Positions 11,965 through 26,306 are shown, counted from the first letter of the whole stretch. The stretch: DNA of 59,439 nucleotides, filler included, from Platydemus manokwari (GCA_037951405.1; 5 parts of 5 records of this genome joined end to end with filler, not necessarily neighbours in it); one strand, 5' to 3'. Notes: generated from the letters alone by a model not told the origin. Translations and numbers: made by a program.

Positions 11965-12644
11965 TTTATGAATTGGTTTGTTGTTATTACTAAATGTGGT
12001 TTGATATCATTGTTTATATGAATGAGGGATCAGCCACATTTTTGTCGTTGTTAGTGATTTTTTTTAATGTGTTGAGGTTTTACAATAAATTTACAATTTA
12101 TCATTTTATTCGAAATTATTTATCATTAATTCAGATCAGTTGTTTTAATTAAACAGTATATTTTTATTCGAATATGATTTGTTTAAATTGTGTTGTGTTA
12201 AAATATTGTATATTTGATCATTTTAAGTAAAAATTCACAGAAAGATTGTCAACGTAATGGTAAAGAAAACTGTTTATGTAAACACAATCAAAAATCGATC
12301 AATTATTTTGAAAACAATATCAAATATCCAGTAAACTTTTCATTGTAAAATCATGATTGATAAACAAGTTTATTTACAAGAATTGATATTTATTTTACAG
12401 TAAAAGCATTTATTGTTTATTTAGGATTTTTGCAATTATTTTCTTATTTGATTTAAAATGCAATATTTGTTATTTTTTCTATTTTTATTGAAACATGTGA
12501 AATTAATTAGCCAACTCCATTGATATTATTATAAAATAATATTTTTTATCATTAACATTCAATATTTCATTACTGTTTTCGAAAAGCTAATTGTATTTTC
12601 TTAATATTTAATAATATATCAATAATTATCATTCGATATATATG

Positions 12645-13288
12645 CACATGGTGTCTAAATAGTTTCGCCCTATTTTATATGATAAACGATTGCAAGTTTT
12701 CAATGAATTTTATTGTATGGTGAATGAGTAATACGAGCATAATGATAACTATGAATGAACCAAAGATGCAACAATGATCAATAAATGCTAAATGAATGTT
12801 TGAAACTGTTCTTCGTTGTGTTCGGTACAAGAAAACAAATGTGATGCAACACTGCGACACAATTTTTGGCATAGTTCCATATGGATTGTGGTGATTTTTT
12901 CGGTAACAACTCGGCGAATGTCCGGAATGGTTCGTGTTTTCTATTTGAACACTATGTCTCTAAGAACATCCTATAAAAAGAAGTCCATCGGAGATAAATC
13001 GGGTTAACGTGCTGACTAATCCATCTACCATGAAAATTGATGTCAAGCCAGTTACGAAAGAATGCGCATGATGAGTTGGAGCCCCATCCTGTTGGAAGTG
13101 AATGCCTCTTTGTTAATGTATTTGACGTAAGAAGCAAGTTCCAAGCATGTTGAGGTACCGTTGTATTTTTGGCTCATTTATAGTTATCATTGTGCTCGTG
13201 CTTCTCATTCACCATACAATAAAATTCATTGAAAAATGATATTCTTTTATCTTATAAGATTGGGCGATGCTTTTTGGACTACCTCTAT
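12645..13288 (-). mobile_element. Internally deleted Tc1/mariner element (rosa/DD41D-like) with about 130-bp imperfect TIRs
   Basis: TTTTCAATGAATTTTATTGTATGGTGAATGAG..GAGCA.AATGATAACTAT (about 12697-12752) is inverted at about 13175-13235. The internal minus-strand translation is FQQDGAPTHH..RNWLDINFHGRWI..PDLSPMDFFL. Confidence 0.85.
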
Positions 13289-15099
13289 ATATAATATTGA
13301 CTGTTGAAATGAGTGGTAAATTATTGATTAATGAATTTTTTGGAATATATTTTCCGTAAATAAATAAATAATTTGTAGACTTATTTTGTAATAAATATTT
13401 TTTTGTATTTTTTTATAATCATTTTTACATATTAACTTGCATTTTTTTCTTTGACTTTTTATTAATGAAAATAAACGAATAATGCACTGAGTATATTTCG
13501 TGAGTTTAATTCAACCTAATATGCCATTTTTCATTAAGTTTTCAACAGATAATGTTTTCGATATTTTTTTTTCCAACTAAAATAACAATTACCACTTTCT
13601 AGTCACGCATATGATCTCTTGGGAAATCAAATGTAAAGTTTTGAAACTCTTATTTGTAAAACGAAAAATAGATTTCTCGGTTATGATAAATTAATTTAAT
13701 TAAACAAAATAGAATTCATAATGATTGACGAATTATCGAAGGATCTGCGGCGGTAATTAAGATGGATGGTTTTAATGACAATTTGATTCACTGGATAAAT
13801 AATAAAACCACCATCCAGCAAAAAACAAGACACCTATTAACTAAATTATCGTTGTCTATTCCGATATTTTGAGCTGAATTAACAAATTTCACAATGTATT
13901 CTGATGGATCATTTTTATTTTGGCAGATAAAATAATACTTTTGCTTCATATTTGTATTCAATTTTTAATAATATAAGCTTTTATATTTTCATTTATCATT
14001 TTGGCTCTCTATCAGTCTGAAGAGGTTATCAATAAAAGAGATTTATGGATATAGAATGTGAAAATCTGTCTTATAATAATAATTATTATTATTTATATAT
14101 TTAACAGATGTAACGATATAATAACAATATTATTAATAATATTAATTATTATTATATTTATAATTTTATTAATAATAGTGGAAATAATAATGCATAATTT
14201 TTTGTTAATTATAGTATAGTAACCTCGCTGAAAAGAGTATGTTAAAATCATTCAATGCCCTCCAAAAATATAACCTAGTGTTTATCCAATTAGAATAAAT
14301 TACTATAATCCAGTAGAATGTTGAAATTACAATGAATTTCATTTCATTGGGATTCAGATTATTGATTGAATGGGTATCATTTTTAATAATTTTATTAATT
14401 TCATATCATGATACCTAGATGACAAAAACAAATATCGGCTAACAGTAGTTTTAATAATGCAACTGGCTTTAGTAGTAACAAATTGAATCATCTAATAATA
14501 ATAATAATAATAAATTTTAAAAGTCGAACTAATTCTGGAATTTGTTTATATATTATAAATACCATCCGTTCCTTCTAAATATAAAGTTGTAGTGAACCTT
14601 TTGTCACAATATTTTTTGTTTTAATTTAGTCATTCCTCAACGCCTTTAATTTAGACAATAGTTAATTCAATAATAAATGGTCAATTAAATGGGATGCGTT
14701 TGGATAACAAATCCAGTGTGCAAGTAACCAACTATGTCAAAGTGGCTACTATGAAAACCATGAGTCGCGAACCATCATAAATCATCCTTAACGTAACATT
14801 ACAATAGCATCCAATCAAATCATACAAATGAATCCATATGACGACAGAAATAAATAATATTGATTATCATAAACAATTAAATCAGATATCAAATCACAAT
14901 GAAGATGTTGCTTCAAAATCAAAAGATTCTATAGTCAAAAGTATCAAGGTCAAAATTCAAATAATTCAAATCAATGTCAATTCAATTGTTGGATTATATA
15001 ATGTCAAAATTTCCGCATTAATGGGACTTCACTATAGGCAAGGCACATGTTTCTAACGTTTTTATTTATGATATTATTTCTAAGGTTATGGGTGTGTAG

Positions 15100-16050
15100 T
15101 TTATCTGGTTTCCAAACATAATGGATGACCAAAAGGCTTCACGTCAAGAAAAATTAATGAAGAAGTATATTCTTATCTTAATGCTTTTAATAATCCAAGT
15201 TTCCGCGATTCTCAACATTTGGAGACATCACTCGGTGTTTATAATATGAAAAAGAAAGATTAAAAATAGATATAAATCAACTTAGAATTGAAAATTTTAT
15301 GAGCGAGAAAAGGATTTAGGAAATTCTAATTAATTAAAAAATCAACGTACTAGATTTGATGAGCATTATAATATTAGTATGGGAATATTGGATATTTTCT
15401 CAGCTATTTATCTGCTGTTCTTGGTATACGAAATTTTCTTTTTTTATATTCAGGAATAGGAATTGGATTATTATCCGTAATCATTTATGTTAACCAAGAA
15501 AGTTTTCAAATCGGATTAAGTAGTAAAACGAAAATATATTAAAGAGGAATTTGTGAAACAATCACGATATAAATTTAGAAAAATTATTTCCATCAATATT
15601 AGAAATTCTTGTAGAGGAAAAATGTTTGAGCCAACAGTAAAATATTTAGTAGTTCCTATTGAATTATTTAAAATGGAATATTCATGGAATATTCATGATT
15701 CTCATTGGATTTAGATCGTGTAATTTCAGCATCTTCATTTGACTTAAATGATTTAAAAGATGTATTAATTGGATAAATTTAAGACCTTTAAAAGCTAAAG
15801 AGAATTTATCCAAGTGAAATAAAATATATAATAACATGTTGATATTTCAAATGATTTGAATTATCTGAAATATTTAATAATATTGGAAGTGAATATTATT
15901 TAAGTTTGAGTGGCGAAGACAAACAGGATTTTACGAAGGAAGGAACTTCTTTTCGGAAGAATAACTTTGCTTTATTATATAAAAAGATTAACAAATGTTA
16001 TTTAAAAGGTTTTTTACCTATTATAAGAATTTCATTTAGAAAATCAAAGG
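15100..16050 (+). mobile_element. Highly decayed Ty3/Gypsy pol (RT) relic
   Basis: Colinear degenerate RT landmarks across stops and frameshifts: KINEEV..S..MKKKD, INQLRIENF..RI*EIL, VLDL, GIGLLS (PFGL-like), HDINLEKLF, FEPTVKYLVVPI (VKYLG-like), LKDVLIG. Confidence 0.5.
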
Positions 16051-16169
16051 ATTTTTCATTTATTTATCACTCATTAATACTTATCTTCTGATTAAAATTA
16101 TATAATGATAATATATTTGCTTAAGATACTAGTGATCCATGCTTATCAGAACTTATTCTCACCACAAAT

Positions 16170-16480
16170 TGACGATTAGCTTTATTATTACAAAATAATT
16201 ATTCAATAAATTTATGAAATGAAGATTTCATCCAAATCAAATAAATAGATGCCACAAAATAAAAGGAATTTCGGAATTCGAATAGAGACTTGGTTCAACA
16301 ACTCGGCCTTGTCGATTTTCGGCATTCTGAATAAGATATCTGTGGTGCACTGGACTGACACAAAAAGTACATACGAATATTTATTCATAAACATTGATAT
16401 TCGAGATACCCATACATTAGAATATGGGATGTACATGGTTCTTTCTTTCGATCGATCCATGAATCACAGTTCGCTAGTTC
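16170..16480 (-). mobile_element. 3' fragment of a CR1/L2/Jockey-group LINE (C-terminal end of ORF2)
   Basis: LFRMPKIDKAELLNQVSIRIP resembles the ID.PELLxxIxFRVP tail of CR1/Jockey-group ORF2. It is homologous to 32330-32700. Confidence 0.5.
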
Positions 16481-18600
16481 AATGATACAATCTAATCAAC
16501 ATTTCATTCAATTCTGTCTCCGTCATCCAGTCGATATTGTCTTGAAAATCTTCTTCCCTTATTTTTAAGACTGTCTTTGTTGCCATCCTTTTTCCCGTAT
16601 GGAACTTTCATTGCAAATAGCTCGCATTTATATTCGACTTTGTGCAGGCAAGAGCTTTCTTATTTATCATTTTCTTGTTCATTCCTAATTTCTTTAGGAC
16701 TGTATCGTTCGTCTGTGTTTGCCAAGTTCTGAGAACTCCTACAACAAAGTGAGCAGTTCCACAGTCCAGTCGGGCCACTTTTTTATCGCATTTTGGAGGT
16801 ATATGTATTTTTCTATATTCTTTTGAGATGTTTCGGGCCATTTAAGCAGGTTCGTCTATGGAGCATTTTACATCGACTAGGACGATCGTGTATTTTTGAT
16901 CATTTATTAGTTGAAGATATTGATATTCTTTGTCTACAAAGTATGTCCATGATTCTGTCATGTCTACAGAGTACAAAAGCGTGGGATGGTTTGCAGCAGG
17001 CGAAGACGTGTGTTTGCGATTCTATTACATATAAACATTTTCTGCATGCCATTCTTCTCATGTACTTTTTATTTAGAGTGGGAAGGTTGTCTGTCCTTGC
17101 ATTATGAATAAATCTGAATTCAGTAATAGTTAGGTGCCCATTAAAAATACTTTTGACCATATTGAACTAATGGCCTCTGTGTAGGTGCTATAGCGTCCAT
17201 TTCCGATATTTTAGTCCAGTTTAACTGGTGAGATCTTACACTAACATTGTTTCAGCAGTTTTGACGTTTCTTTGATTTTCTTAGGTTTCACTGACACTCC
17301 TTCCATTGATTGTTAACCTTTGTTGAACTCTAAGCATTATCTCACTGTTGATAATATTGAAAGAAACCGTGGTATATGTTTTTTGCGGCATATTTAATAC
17401 TCTCTCTTATTTTACCCCACCATGTTTTTGCTCCCTTCATTTGATGGAATATGCGAATTAATTTAATCTAATGCTTCTTCGATTGTCGCGGCTTGGTTAT
17501 TCAATACGGCCGTCATCATGTTTGCTCTTTAATAGATGATAAGCGTAGGTGATAGATTGTATTGTATACTCCTCGTCATGCTTTGTAGTCCATAACCACC
17601 GTTTGATTTTGTTGAATAGATGTTATTTGATGAGCAAAATTTCGGTGTGCCAAAGATATTTTAAGATATTTTCTTACCATCACATCAAACTGCAGTAATC
17701 TACTATAAGTGATATAGTAATTTCTCATGTAAAAGGTCACTTTGGTGTGTAAGAACAACTTAAAGGCCCTTAATTTCTGCCATGGTAATAAAATCCATTT
17801 TTCCAGTTTATTCATCAGAGTTTCCATATCGATGAATAGTCCTTCTGTTGAATTATGTATCTTCAAAGAGAAGTTCACTCTTAGGTAGCGATAGTGCTCT
17901 TCTAGACTGATTGTAGCAATTTTCTCATTGTGGATCAGGAGATCCTCGGCGTTAGTACTTGCTCTTTGATTATGTAAGTGCCCACATTTGAGGGTATGAA
18001 CTTGAAACCAAATTGGAACCCGAGCGCCGACGCTCCATTTATCAACATTTGGAGACCATTTTAGTTTTTCGCAATAATTGCTTTGTCATATGCATAGGCA
18101 AGGGAGGAAATTCGATGGTTTGCAATTGTCAGGCCTCCATTGTTTATTTGTACCAAGATTAGATGTTGAAAAAAAGCATGGAGATCTGTCAGTCCTGTCG
18201 GACCCCCTATCAATTTTAATTTGTTTCGTTTCATAATCTCCGCTTTTCAGAGAAGTTTGGCTGTCTGTGTAGAGACGTCTTATGATTTTGATGGGAGTTT
18301 CAGTCAATCCCATATGCTCAAGGATTGTGAACATCGCTTCAAAATCTAGTGAGTAAAAGGTTTCTTCGATATCCAAGAGTCCAATATGAACATTATCGAT
18401 ATTTTTCTTGCTGTGTTCTTCTGTAATGGCTCGAAGTAAAAAGTTGTGTTCAGCACATCCGTCATTTGGACCTAGGCTCTTCTGGAGTGGATGTATTAAG
18501 TTGTCTTCATCAATCCAATTTTTCAGTTGCTTGTACAGAATAGTTGTGAAAATTTTATAGCTGCAGTCGAGCAGAGCAATAGGGCAAAATGACATCCATA
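16480..18600 (-). mobile_element. 5'-truncated decayed NeSL/R2-group non-LTR retrotransposon (second, divergent family)
   Basis: PIALLDCSYKIFT..QKSL..DGCAEHNF (RT); SLAYAYD (YADD-derived, about 18085-18105); HYRYL; LLPWQKL; CRKCLYVIESQTHVFACC knuckle; RHDRI; VLVDVKC; FVVGVLRTW (RLE). Confidence 0.88.
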
Positions 18601-18990
18601 AGTAAACCAACAGTCAACAAATATTGCAAATTTTTATTAAAATAAAACTAAGAATTTGAAATTATTTATTGAGGTACAAAATTCGTAAGTTTTAAATAGC
18701 TTGGCATATCAAAATAATTGGAGGCTAAAATATCATCGTAGAAATTGATGAGGTCTATTTTGGAGGGGCAAATATAAGAAGGGACTTCGAAAACATTGTA
18801 TTTGAGCTTTTGAAATACTAGAGAAATATATTAAGAAAGAATTGCTTCCTATTTTTAGACTGCAACCGAAGCGCATCGACTCTAAAAGTAATAAATACTA
18901 ATTAATTAGAAATTTTATTTTTAAAATGATATTTTCATTTAATTGCATGTTTGTGAAACCACTATCTATAATAATTAAGGATTGTTAGTC
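18600..18990 (+). mobile_element. Merlin/ISXO2-family transposase relic (copy 1)
   Basis: IIGG*NIIVEIDEVYFG..KY and NRSASTLKVI match Merlin IGG..IVEIDES.FG..KY and DRS..TL. Shares clear nucleotide homology with 39400-39830 (minus). Confidence 0.75.
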
Positions 18991-19868
18991 GTTTTTTCTC
19001 TTTACATTTAAAATTGAATTTAAAGCAAAATTTTCATTAAATAATGATTAAAAATAAATTTTTATATTAAATTATACACGTAAATATATTACATGAAAAT
19101 TGCATCAAAGTACCCTTTTACTTAAATTAAACTTGTAACTTTTATTAGAATCTCTTGAGATTGATATTATTTTTTGTAATTATCTAAATCATTTTTATAT
19201 TTATTGAATTGTTTCTTCTTTAACCTTTTGAAGGAATTATTGAAATTACAAATCTAATTCAATAATGATGAGTAGAATTCTTTGATCGACTTATTTGCAA
19301 TTGTCAAATGTTCCATCGAATACATTCACAGTCTTTGCAATAATAATAAAATTTTGGGTTTTGACGAATCAGTGTTTGAGAACAATTTAATCGCATTTAT
19401 AAATACAAAATTCATTCAGAATAATAAACGAAGAAAGTCTATATCAAATACATAAATGTGACATAAAGCCTTGAACTGATATGTTTTATCTCTGAATGTA
19501 GACAATAAAGAATATTATTCAAAAGTGAATATTAAATGAAATCATCGCAGTAGATTAAAACGCTATTGAAACACATAATGGAAGCATCACTCATTTTCAT
19601 GTTTACAGAATAATGGGATTGTAAGATTTAATTTCCATTATCACATTCTGAAATTAATTCCCAAAGAATACAAACGAAAATTTAAGGAAACTGGTAAAGA
19701 CAAAGGAAATCAATAGAATAGATTTTATCTCAGACTTCTACCCATTGATAGGCCTAAATCAATTATGTAAAGATACAAATGAATAATTGACATTACAGAT
19801 TTGCAGACGAGAGTTTTAAATTGTTTTTCGAGTCAAGAAATCAGCATCGTTATATGAAGATTATATTG

Positions 19869-19968
19869 NNNNNNNNNNNNNNNNNNNNNNNNNNNNNNNN
19901 NNNNNNNNNNNNTTAATTAATTAANNNNNNNNNNNNNNNNNNNNNNNNNNNNNNNNNNNNNNNNNNNN
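19869..19968. other. Assembly gap with TTAATTAATTAA linker
   Basis: 44N-linker-44N. Confidence 0.97.
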
Positions 19969-20419
19969 ATTTTGTTTTGTTTGTGTTTTGTTTTTTTTTG
20001 TTTAGCGAAAAAACCGGAAAGGAATTACCGACACACCTGGTATATATGGCTGAAAATAATATAAAAATTAATAATGATAATATTTATAATAATCCTAATA
20101 ATTATTATAATCATAATAATAACAATATAAATAATGATCATAATACTAATATTAATATTAATAATAATAATAATAATAATAAACATCATAAATACCCTTG
20201 CTTTACAGTCTCAAATATTAATTTAGTTTAACTTTGAAAGTATTTTCTAAGTTTATTTATTATAATAAAATCATCATACTTTGTTGTCATTCTGAATTAT
20301 ATAGTTTATTTAATAAATAAGTTGGCATTGTATTTCTTTAATTGATTTATGAAAAATATTTTAAAAAGTTAAACATAAATAATCATAATTAAATTATGAT
20401 TATGATTATTATTATTATT

Positions 20420-21072
20420 ATAAACCAGTAATAATAATATTAACCAAACTATCAATGGTAAAAATTCTGTTGCAATAACAATTATATTTAAAATTTGAAA
20501 AATACCTATAATAATATAATAATTATAAATAATATTATAATTAATTATTTTTATAAATAAATTTAAACACTCTGTTGTTACCAATAATAAGAATATTAAG
20601 AATAATCATTCATTATCATAAATATACCTTCTATTCTGCCCTCCTATCTTAGTTTCAGATATCCAGTATCGATCTTTTGCTATTTTGCCCATCAACGGTT
20701 TCAAAACCACCTACAATTGCAATACAATAAACACTTTTAACCATTCGATTAATTATACATGATCTCTTTCGTTAAAATCAACCGCTTGTTGTTGTGTCTT
20801 TTCTTGGCATATAGTTTGGGCTTCTTCGTAAGTTGTCTTGAATTTTGAAACATAATAACATGCTTCGTTAGGTACACAAATCGTTTCTTAATTTTAAAAA
20901 AACCCAACAAATTTTATTAAAATAACTTAATTAATCTCTCTTACCGAATTCATTTATATTTTCGTGAGCGTAAATTGTCTTAGCTGCAAATATGAATTCA
21001 TCAACAAATCTATAAAATATGAAAAGAATTCTTACCAAGAATCACAAAATACAACAATGTTATTGCTAACAT
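20420..21072 (-). CDS. Small secreted C-type-lectin-domain-like protein, multi-exon, 3' end uncertain
   Basis: In-phase GT-AG exons 21072-21036, 20983-20945, 20886-20759 and 20710-20628 give MLAITLLYFVILAKTIYA|HENINEFETICVPNEACYYVSKFKTTYEEAQTICQEK...KDRYWIS. This is a signal peptide plus the CY..T.EEA..C and WI lectin motifs. The last exon is ambiguous. Confidence 0.7.
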
Positions 21073-22439
21073 TATTTTTCACAATTCGTTCAAGTTTGTT
21101 ATGATCAATTAATTTATATAAATTTCAATCAAACGAAGCACCCTTAAACATTAAAAACCTAGCTATTGATAATTTATCAATTACAATTATTCAAACTAAT
21201 TTCTTTTATTGAACCGTCCATGGAATTAATTGTTAAAATTCAACAGCTGATTTTTCCTAATCATTTCGATTTCATTTACATAAACATTGAAAGACACAGT
21301 TATTTTCAATAGTTATTGCACTTGACTTTGATTTTCATTGACGAATTGTCTCGATGTGATATGAAAACAAAAACTACTTGTAAATAATTATGGAATATAG
21401 GTGGAACGTGTCATGAATTTATTATAGCTTAATTTCCACAATTCGTGTATTAAATTGAAATCATACTTAAATTTTTGAAATCTCAGATTACAAGATCATC
21501 TTTTGATGTGAAAATAAGTCAGTATAATTTCTTAACAGATTATTTAAATGATTGAGAAGATGATTTTTAAATTAGATACAACTTACTATCAATTATAATA
21601 GTTTACAAAATGATTTTTATTTGCAATTTCTGGATTACACGAAAATATGTTAAATGATGTGTTATTGCGAATGGACTTAAACAATGTATTTAAAATCTAT
21701 CAAAAAATGTTATTAATAACTAAATACTATTCGATTAAATTTGGTAAGGTTCTTATTTTTTAAATATAATTTTAATCTTATCAAACTAAATTTCTGTATA
21801 TTAAATTTATTAAAAATAATTTCGAAATTACAATAAATAATTTGATTTAATAATTTAAATTTATTTTTTGATATTGTAAATGATAAGTTTTTACAAGCTA
21901 TTTAATTACTGTAGTTTATAAACGAATTAAAAAACATTAAAAAAATTATTACATGATCTTCCTGATATTTAGACAAAAATTGTTTTCTATTTTGAGGATT
22001 TTTAATTTTTAAGTTACTTACCAAATAAATTGAAAATTTCTTTTACAAAATGAACATAAGTAAATCACTAAATAAAATCAATTGCACAAAGAATTTGTCT
22101 TTAAAAAATCGATGAATTATTTCCTTTGAAAGTCAAATAGTTTTTGTAAAATCAACAGATTTACATTTTATCTATCATTTCGATATCTTTAAAAAATTGA
22201 CAAAATATAAGAAATTAGATCAAGCTTTTGTAAATTAATTTATAAATTATTTATTTGATAAATTCAAAACACAAATTTGTAAAGAGCTTATATGTACTTA
22301 GTCATTACAAATATAAATAATTTGATATTTATCAAGCAGTAAGTTCTTTCAAAAGGAGATATAAAAAAATACCAAATCATATTAATTCGTAATTGCGACG
22401 AAAAACAGTTTAAAGGCGCATCATTAGTAACAAATAAAC

Positions 22440-23300
22440 ACATTTAATTGAAACATTTTCTTCTACCTCTTATATCTTTGTTGGATCTCGAAGTTTGTTC
22501 CTTTCTGTAGGTTGGCACAAATATAAAATTAGAATCCAATCGGATAGTAGTGATTTGATAGGACCAGATTGTCTACTAGCGTGTATGGTTTTGCGTCTAC
22601 CCTTTTTGAAGATTGTTCTATTGATTTTGTCAGAGATTACTGGTCCATTTAACCTCATACTTCAAAAACGTTTTTAATAAAATCTTATTTTAATGTTGCT
22701 ATATTAAATACAATCAAAGTTATAAGTAATTCTCGAATACATAAAAGTACTAATGGTACATCCCAATAATATATCACATCCACTCGTCAAAATGCCTACT
22801 AAATTAATCTAAAAATCATCTCCAATTAAGTCTCACCTACAATCTCTCCCCTTATTCCTTTCTCATTATCATTGTAAACAGTGAAATCCAATTCAATCTT
22901 AACATACCCAATCGCACAAAAACTTCATAAATCAAAATAAAATAACAGCGTAAAACTTGGCTGCCACCTGAAAGTTGGGTATCTTTATATCTGTTTTTAT
23001 CCTCGAGATTTGTGAGTATTTTCATGTTTTGATTTGACCTTTTATTTATCACGTTCCAATTTAATTTATTGATTTGGTAGACTCTGAATTATTTACTCTG
23101 TTACACTTCGGTTATGCTCATTTATCGAAATAGAATTTTTCATTTAAGTCTTCTGTTATTTGTTGGTTGTTATGCCTATATGGCTGCAAAGGGGTGCAAA
23201 TGCTTAAGAGCTAAAATAAGGGTTTCAATGTGCAAAGGTAGTTTTTTATTTTGTGAAATTTAATCTTTACTCAAGAATTCATATAATCAAATAAGTTAAT
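22440..23300 (-). mobile_element. Possible decayed LTR-retrotransposon gag/protease relic
   Basis: Degenerate zinc-knuckle-like C..CSHIG..TTNK near 23160-23200, then GEIVGET..GCDILLG (retropepsin D-I-LG-like) near 22760-22850. Many stops. Confidence 0.3.
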
Positions 23301-26300
23301 ATTGTTTCTATTTCTTATCGAATAGCTAATCTTTGGATTAAGTTTTTTTCTATGCGAAGAATTGAAACTGATTGTATTGTATTTATTGTATGTTAACATT
23401 CATCCAAGTTATTACCGAAGAGTATTGGTATGAATTATATAGTAAAGTTTTGAAGTTAAGATATTTGGATATTGTTGCATTAATACTTTGTGTTAACTTT
23501 AGAAAAGTTAGATACCGGATTAATCAAATACAATAATAGTAGTAACTTTTCTTTATTCAGTCTAATTTTCTCACATATTTTCAACAAGAGATCCTAATAC
23601 ACACCATCGAACAATAAAATAGTTATTCAATTAATCAAAGAAAAAGTTATCATTCTATCTTTCAATATGTTGGCGTTGTTTCGTATAATCTACACAGCAG
23701 ATAGTCCAAATATAACTAATAATAAAAATATTGTGTACCATATAATGTTATTTTTATTTAATAATTTAATTTACTCCTTATTTTTCTGCCGTATTATTGA
23801 GTTTTAGTAGCAATTTACTTAATCGGTAATACGCTTCGTATTTTATACGTGGATATAAGCCCACAAGGGCATAAATACATATGAACAAATAATCATGTAC
23901 ATAGAAATAAATAATAAACATGAAAATTAAATGATAATTATAATACATGCAAATTAATTGATTCTGGGTGTGAAATCCATAATAGAAAAATTTAGTCAAC
24001 AAAACAATGACTAATTTGGAGAAATAATTGTTGCATGGAAATTTCATAAATCATCATAAATTTTTAAATAAAAAGTGATATCGCTATAGCAACGTTACGA
24101 CAGTGAATATTAAAAATAAGAAAAACTAGATTTTCAGCATAAAAAACAAACAGTATATAACCAGCAGTGTAATTATCTCCAGAAACGTCGTAATTCTCAT
24201 TCAATTCTTAACAGAGAATTATTACCATATTCAGTATCATACACGTGTGGAATTAGATGTTATTTGGAAAGCAGAACAGTTTTATCAGAGATTTAGATCA
24301 ATTCAATTCAATCAAATGCTAGTTTTGATTTATAACTGTGTCATTACTTTATTCACTAAATAGAATATAGTAAAATTCCATCAGTTTTATCAAATAAAGC
24401 ATTATTTTGTTCAAAATTCTTGGAAAACCATATTTTGCAATTTAAGTCACATATTTTTAGACCAATAGACATTCATACATTTTGGATCACAATTAATTTT
24501 TACCACCGCTTCAAGGAAATAATCCCGTCTGTAGAAAGTTAATGGAATAGTTTATTTATAATTTATCATATTTGTGGTTAAAATTTTATCACCTGATTAA
24601 ATCCTTTTCAATCTAATAGACTCACTGACATCCTTTGCAGGGCCAAAACATGAAACCAAAAAAGTAACAATTTTTTTTCGAATGAATTAAATTTTTCAAA
24701 AACATTAAAAACAAAATATTCTTTAAAATAATTATTTAATTCTTAAGGTTTGTCAGTTTAAAACATTAATCACGTACCATTTGAAATCACTAATGAAGAT
24801 ATATTTTCAAAAAAAATTACGCATGTTAAACAGAAATAATCATTTCAAACTTATTAACAATCATATGACCATCAAATTCTTATATCACTGACAAGAATTT
24901 GTATTTTTTCAAAGCTAAAATTATTCTTTGTATTTATGGCGAAACCTTAGGCAAAGAATTTAAACAAAAATATGATTCACTAAACTCAATTTAATCTTAT
25001 CAAGGAAAATTAATAGTGGAACTTTAATTATTAATTACGGGCTTTCTTAAATTAAAAAACTTTATTCTTTTTTAATTGACATATTTCTTAGTTTCTTAAA
25101 CCTTGCTATTAAATATACTTGAAAAACTAATTCATTGAAGAAATCCGTGAGCAAACTGTTTAAAAAATCTTGTGATTCTCAAAATCCAATTAGATTTGCG
25201 AATTTTAAATTCAAACTTTAAATTTTCTTTTGTCTCAAAGAACGAAATCGCAATAAAAATAATAAATCACATTAATTTGTTTACAATTTTGTAGACATTA
25301 ACTAGTACTCTAATTCATATTTCAATAGATTTAATTACATGTGATATCAGAGTTCATTAGTCGTAAGTAGTGTTTTTCAGTTCAATAAATTCAATAATTT
25401 TACAAAAACAAATCAAAAGATCAATTTTTGAAGTGTTTATGGCAAATTATTGTACTGAAATAAGTATTTTTATTTATTTGAAAAAGAAAATATATTTTGT
25501 ACTAAACACAATGTCTAAAAAATTTTTAAAACATTAAAATGTTCATTCAGAAAACAAAATCGAAAAGAAAAAGTTTAACATTTGATATACATCATTATAA
25601 ATATTAATACAATTGTCAATATGACTGTAACCGCATAACAAACAAACTAACAACAATTTGGTTAATATTTTTACCTTATAATATACTGAAATTAATAATT
25701 TAACAAAGTTTAACTTCACATATTTAGAAAATTACATCGATATTTGTATTATATTAAAATAAATTTAGTAAAATAAAAAATGAGATTTTAGAAAAATATA
25801 CTTATATAATTATGTTATGTGATTACCCTGCTTAACTTAAACCGATTTTTCTAAGATCTTTATTTTAAAAATCTAAAATGAATTAATTAAAAGCATTTAA
25901 AAAATTCATTTTTGATGCTACAATGTTCTTATAATTACTCAATTTTACTTATTTTATTATAATGATTTTATTATAACATTGTAAGATGTCTTTATTTTTA
26001 ATTTGATTATACTTTTAATTAATTTCAATATTCCATTAATAATTCAAATAATCGTTTGAAAACTTTAATGTATTTATTTACTAGTTAAATTTTTCTTATT
26101 AATAGAAAAATGTTATATAACATTTATAAGCTAATAATTTTTCTACAATTTATTTTATAATATAATTTCATTAAAATATAAATTTTGATTTAGTTCTTAA
26201 AGTACGCTTTTATTTTATTAAATTAAAGTTTATCAATATATAGTTAATCATTGTTTAAAATTTATTTCGTATTTTACGCAATTTAAATATTTTCTAAATA

Positions 26301-26306
26301 TGTAAA

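Noticed and set aside
14200-16090. Endogenous non-retroviral viral element
   Set aside because: The motif order fits a decayed Gypsy RT better, and no viral capsid or RdRp motif was recognised.
19977-20231. Asn-rich ORF
   Set aside because: Product of AAT-rich low-complexity sequence next to a gap.
21010-21035. Apparent 26-nt ultra-short intron in the lectin gene
   Set aside because: It leads to an in-frame stop, whereas the downstream TTGCAG acceptor (52-nt intron) keeps the frame and completes the signal peptide.
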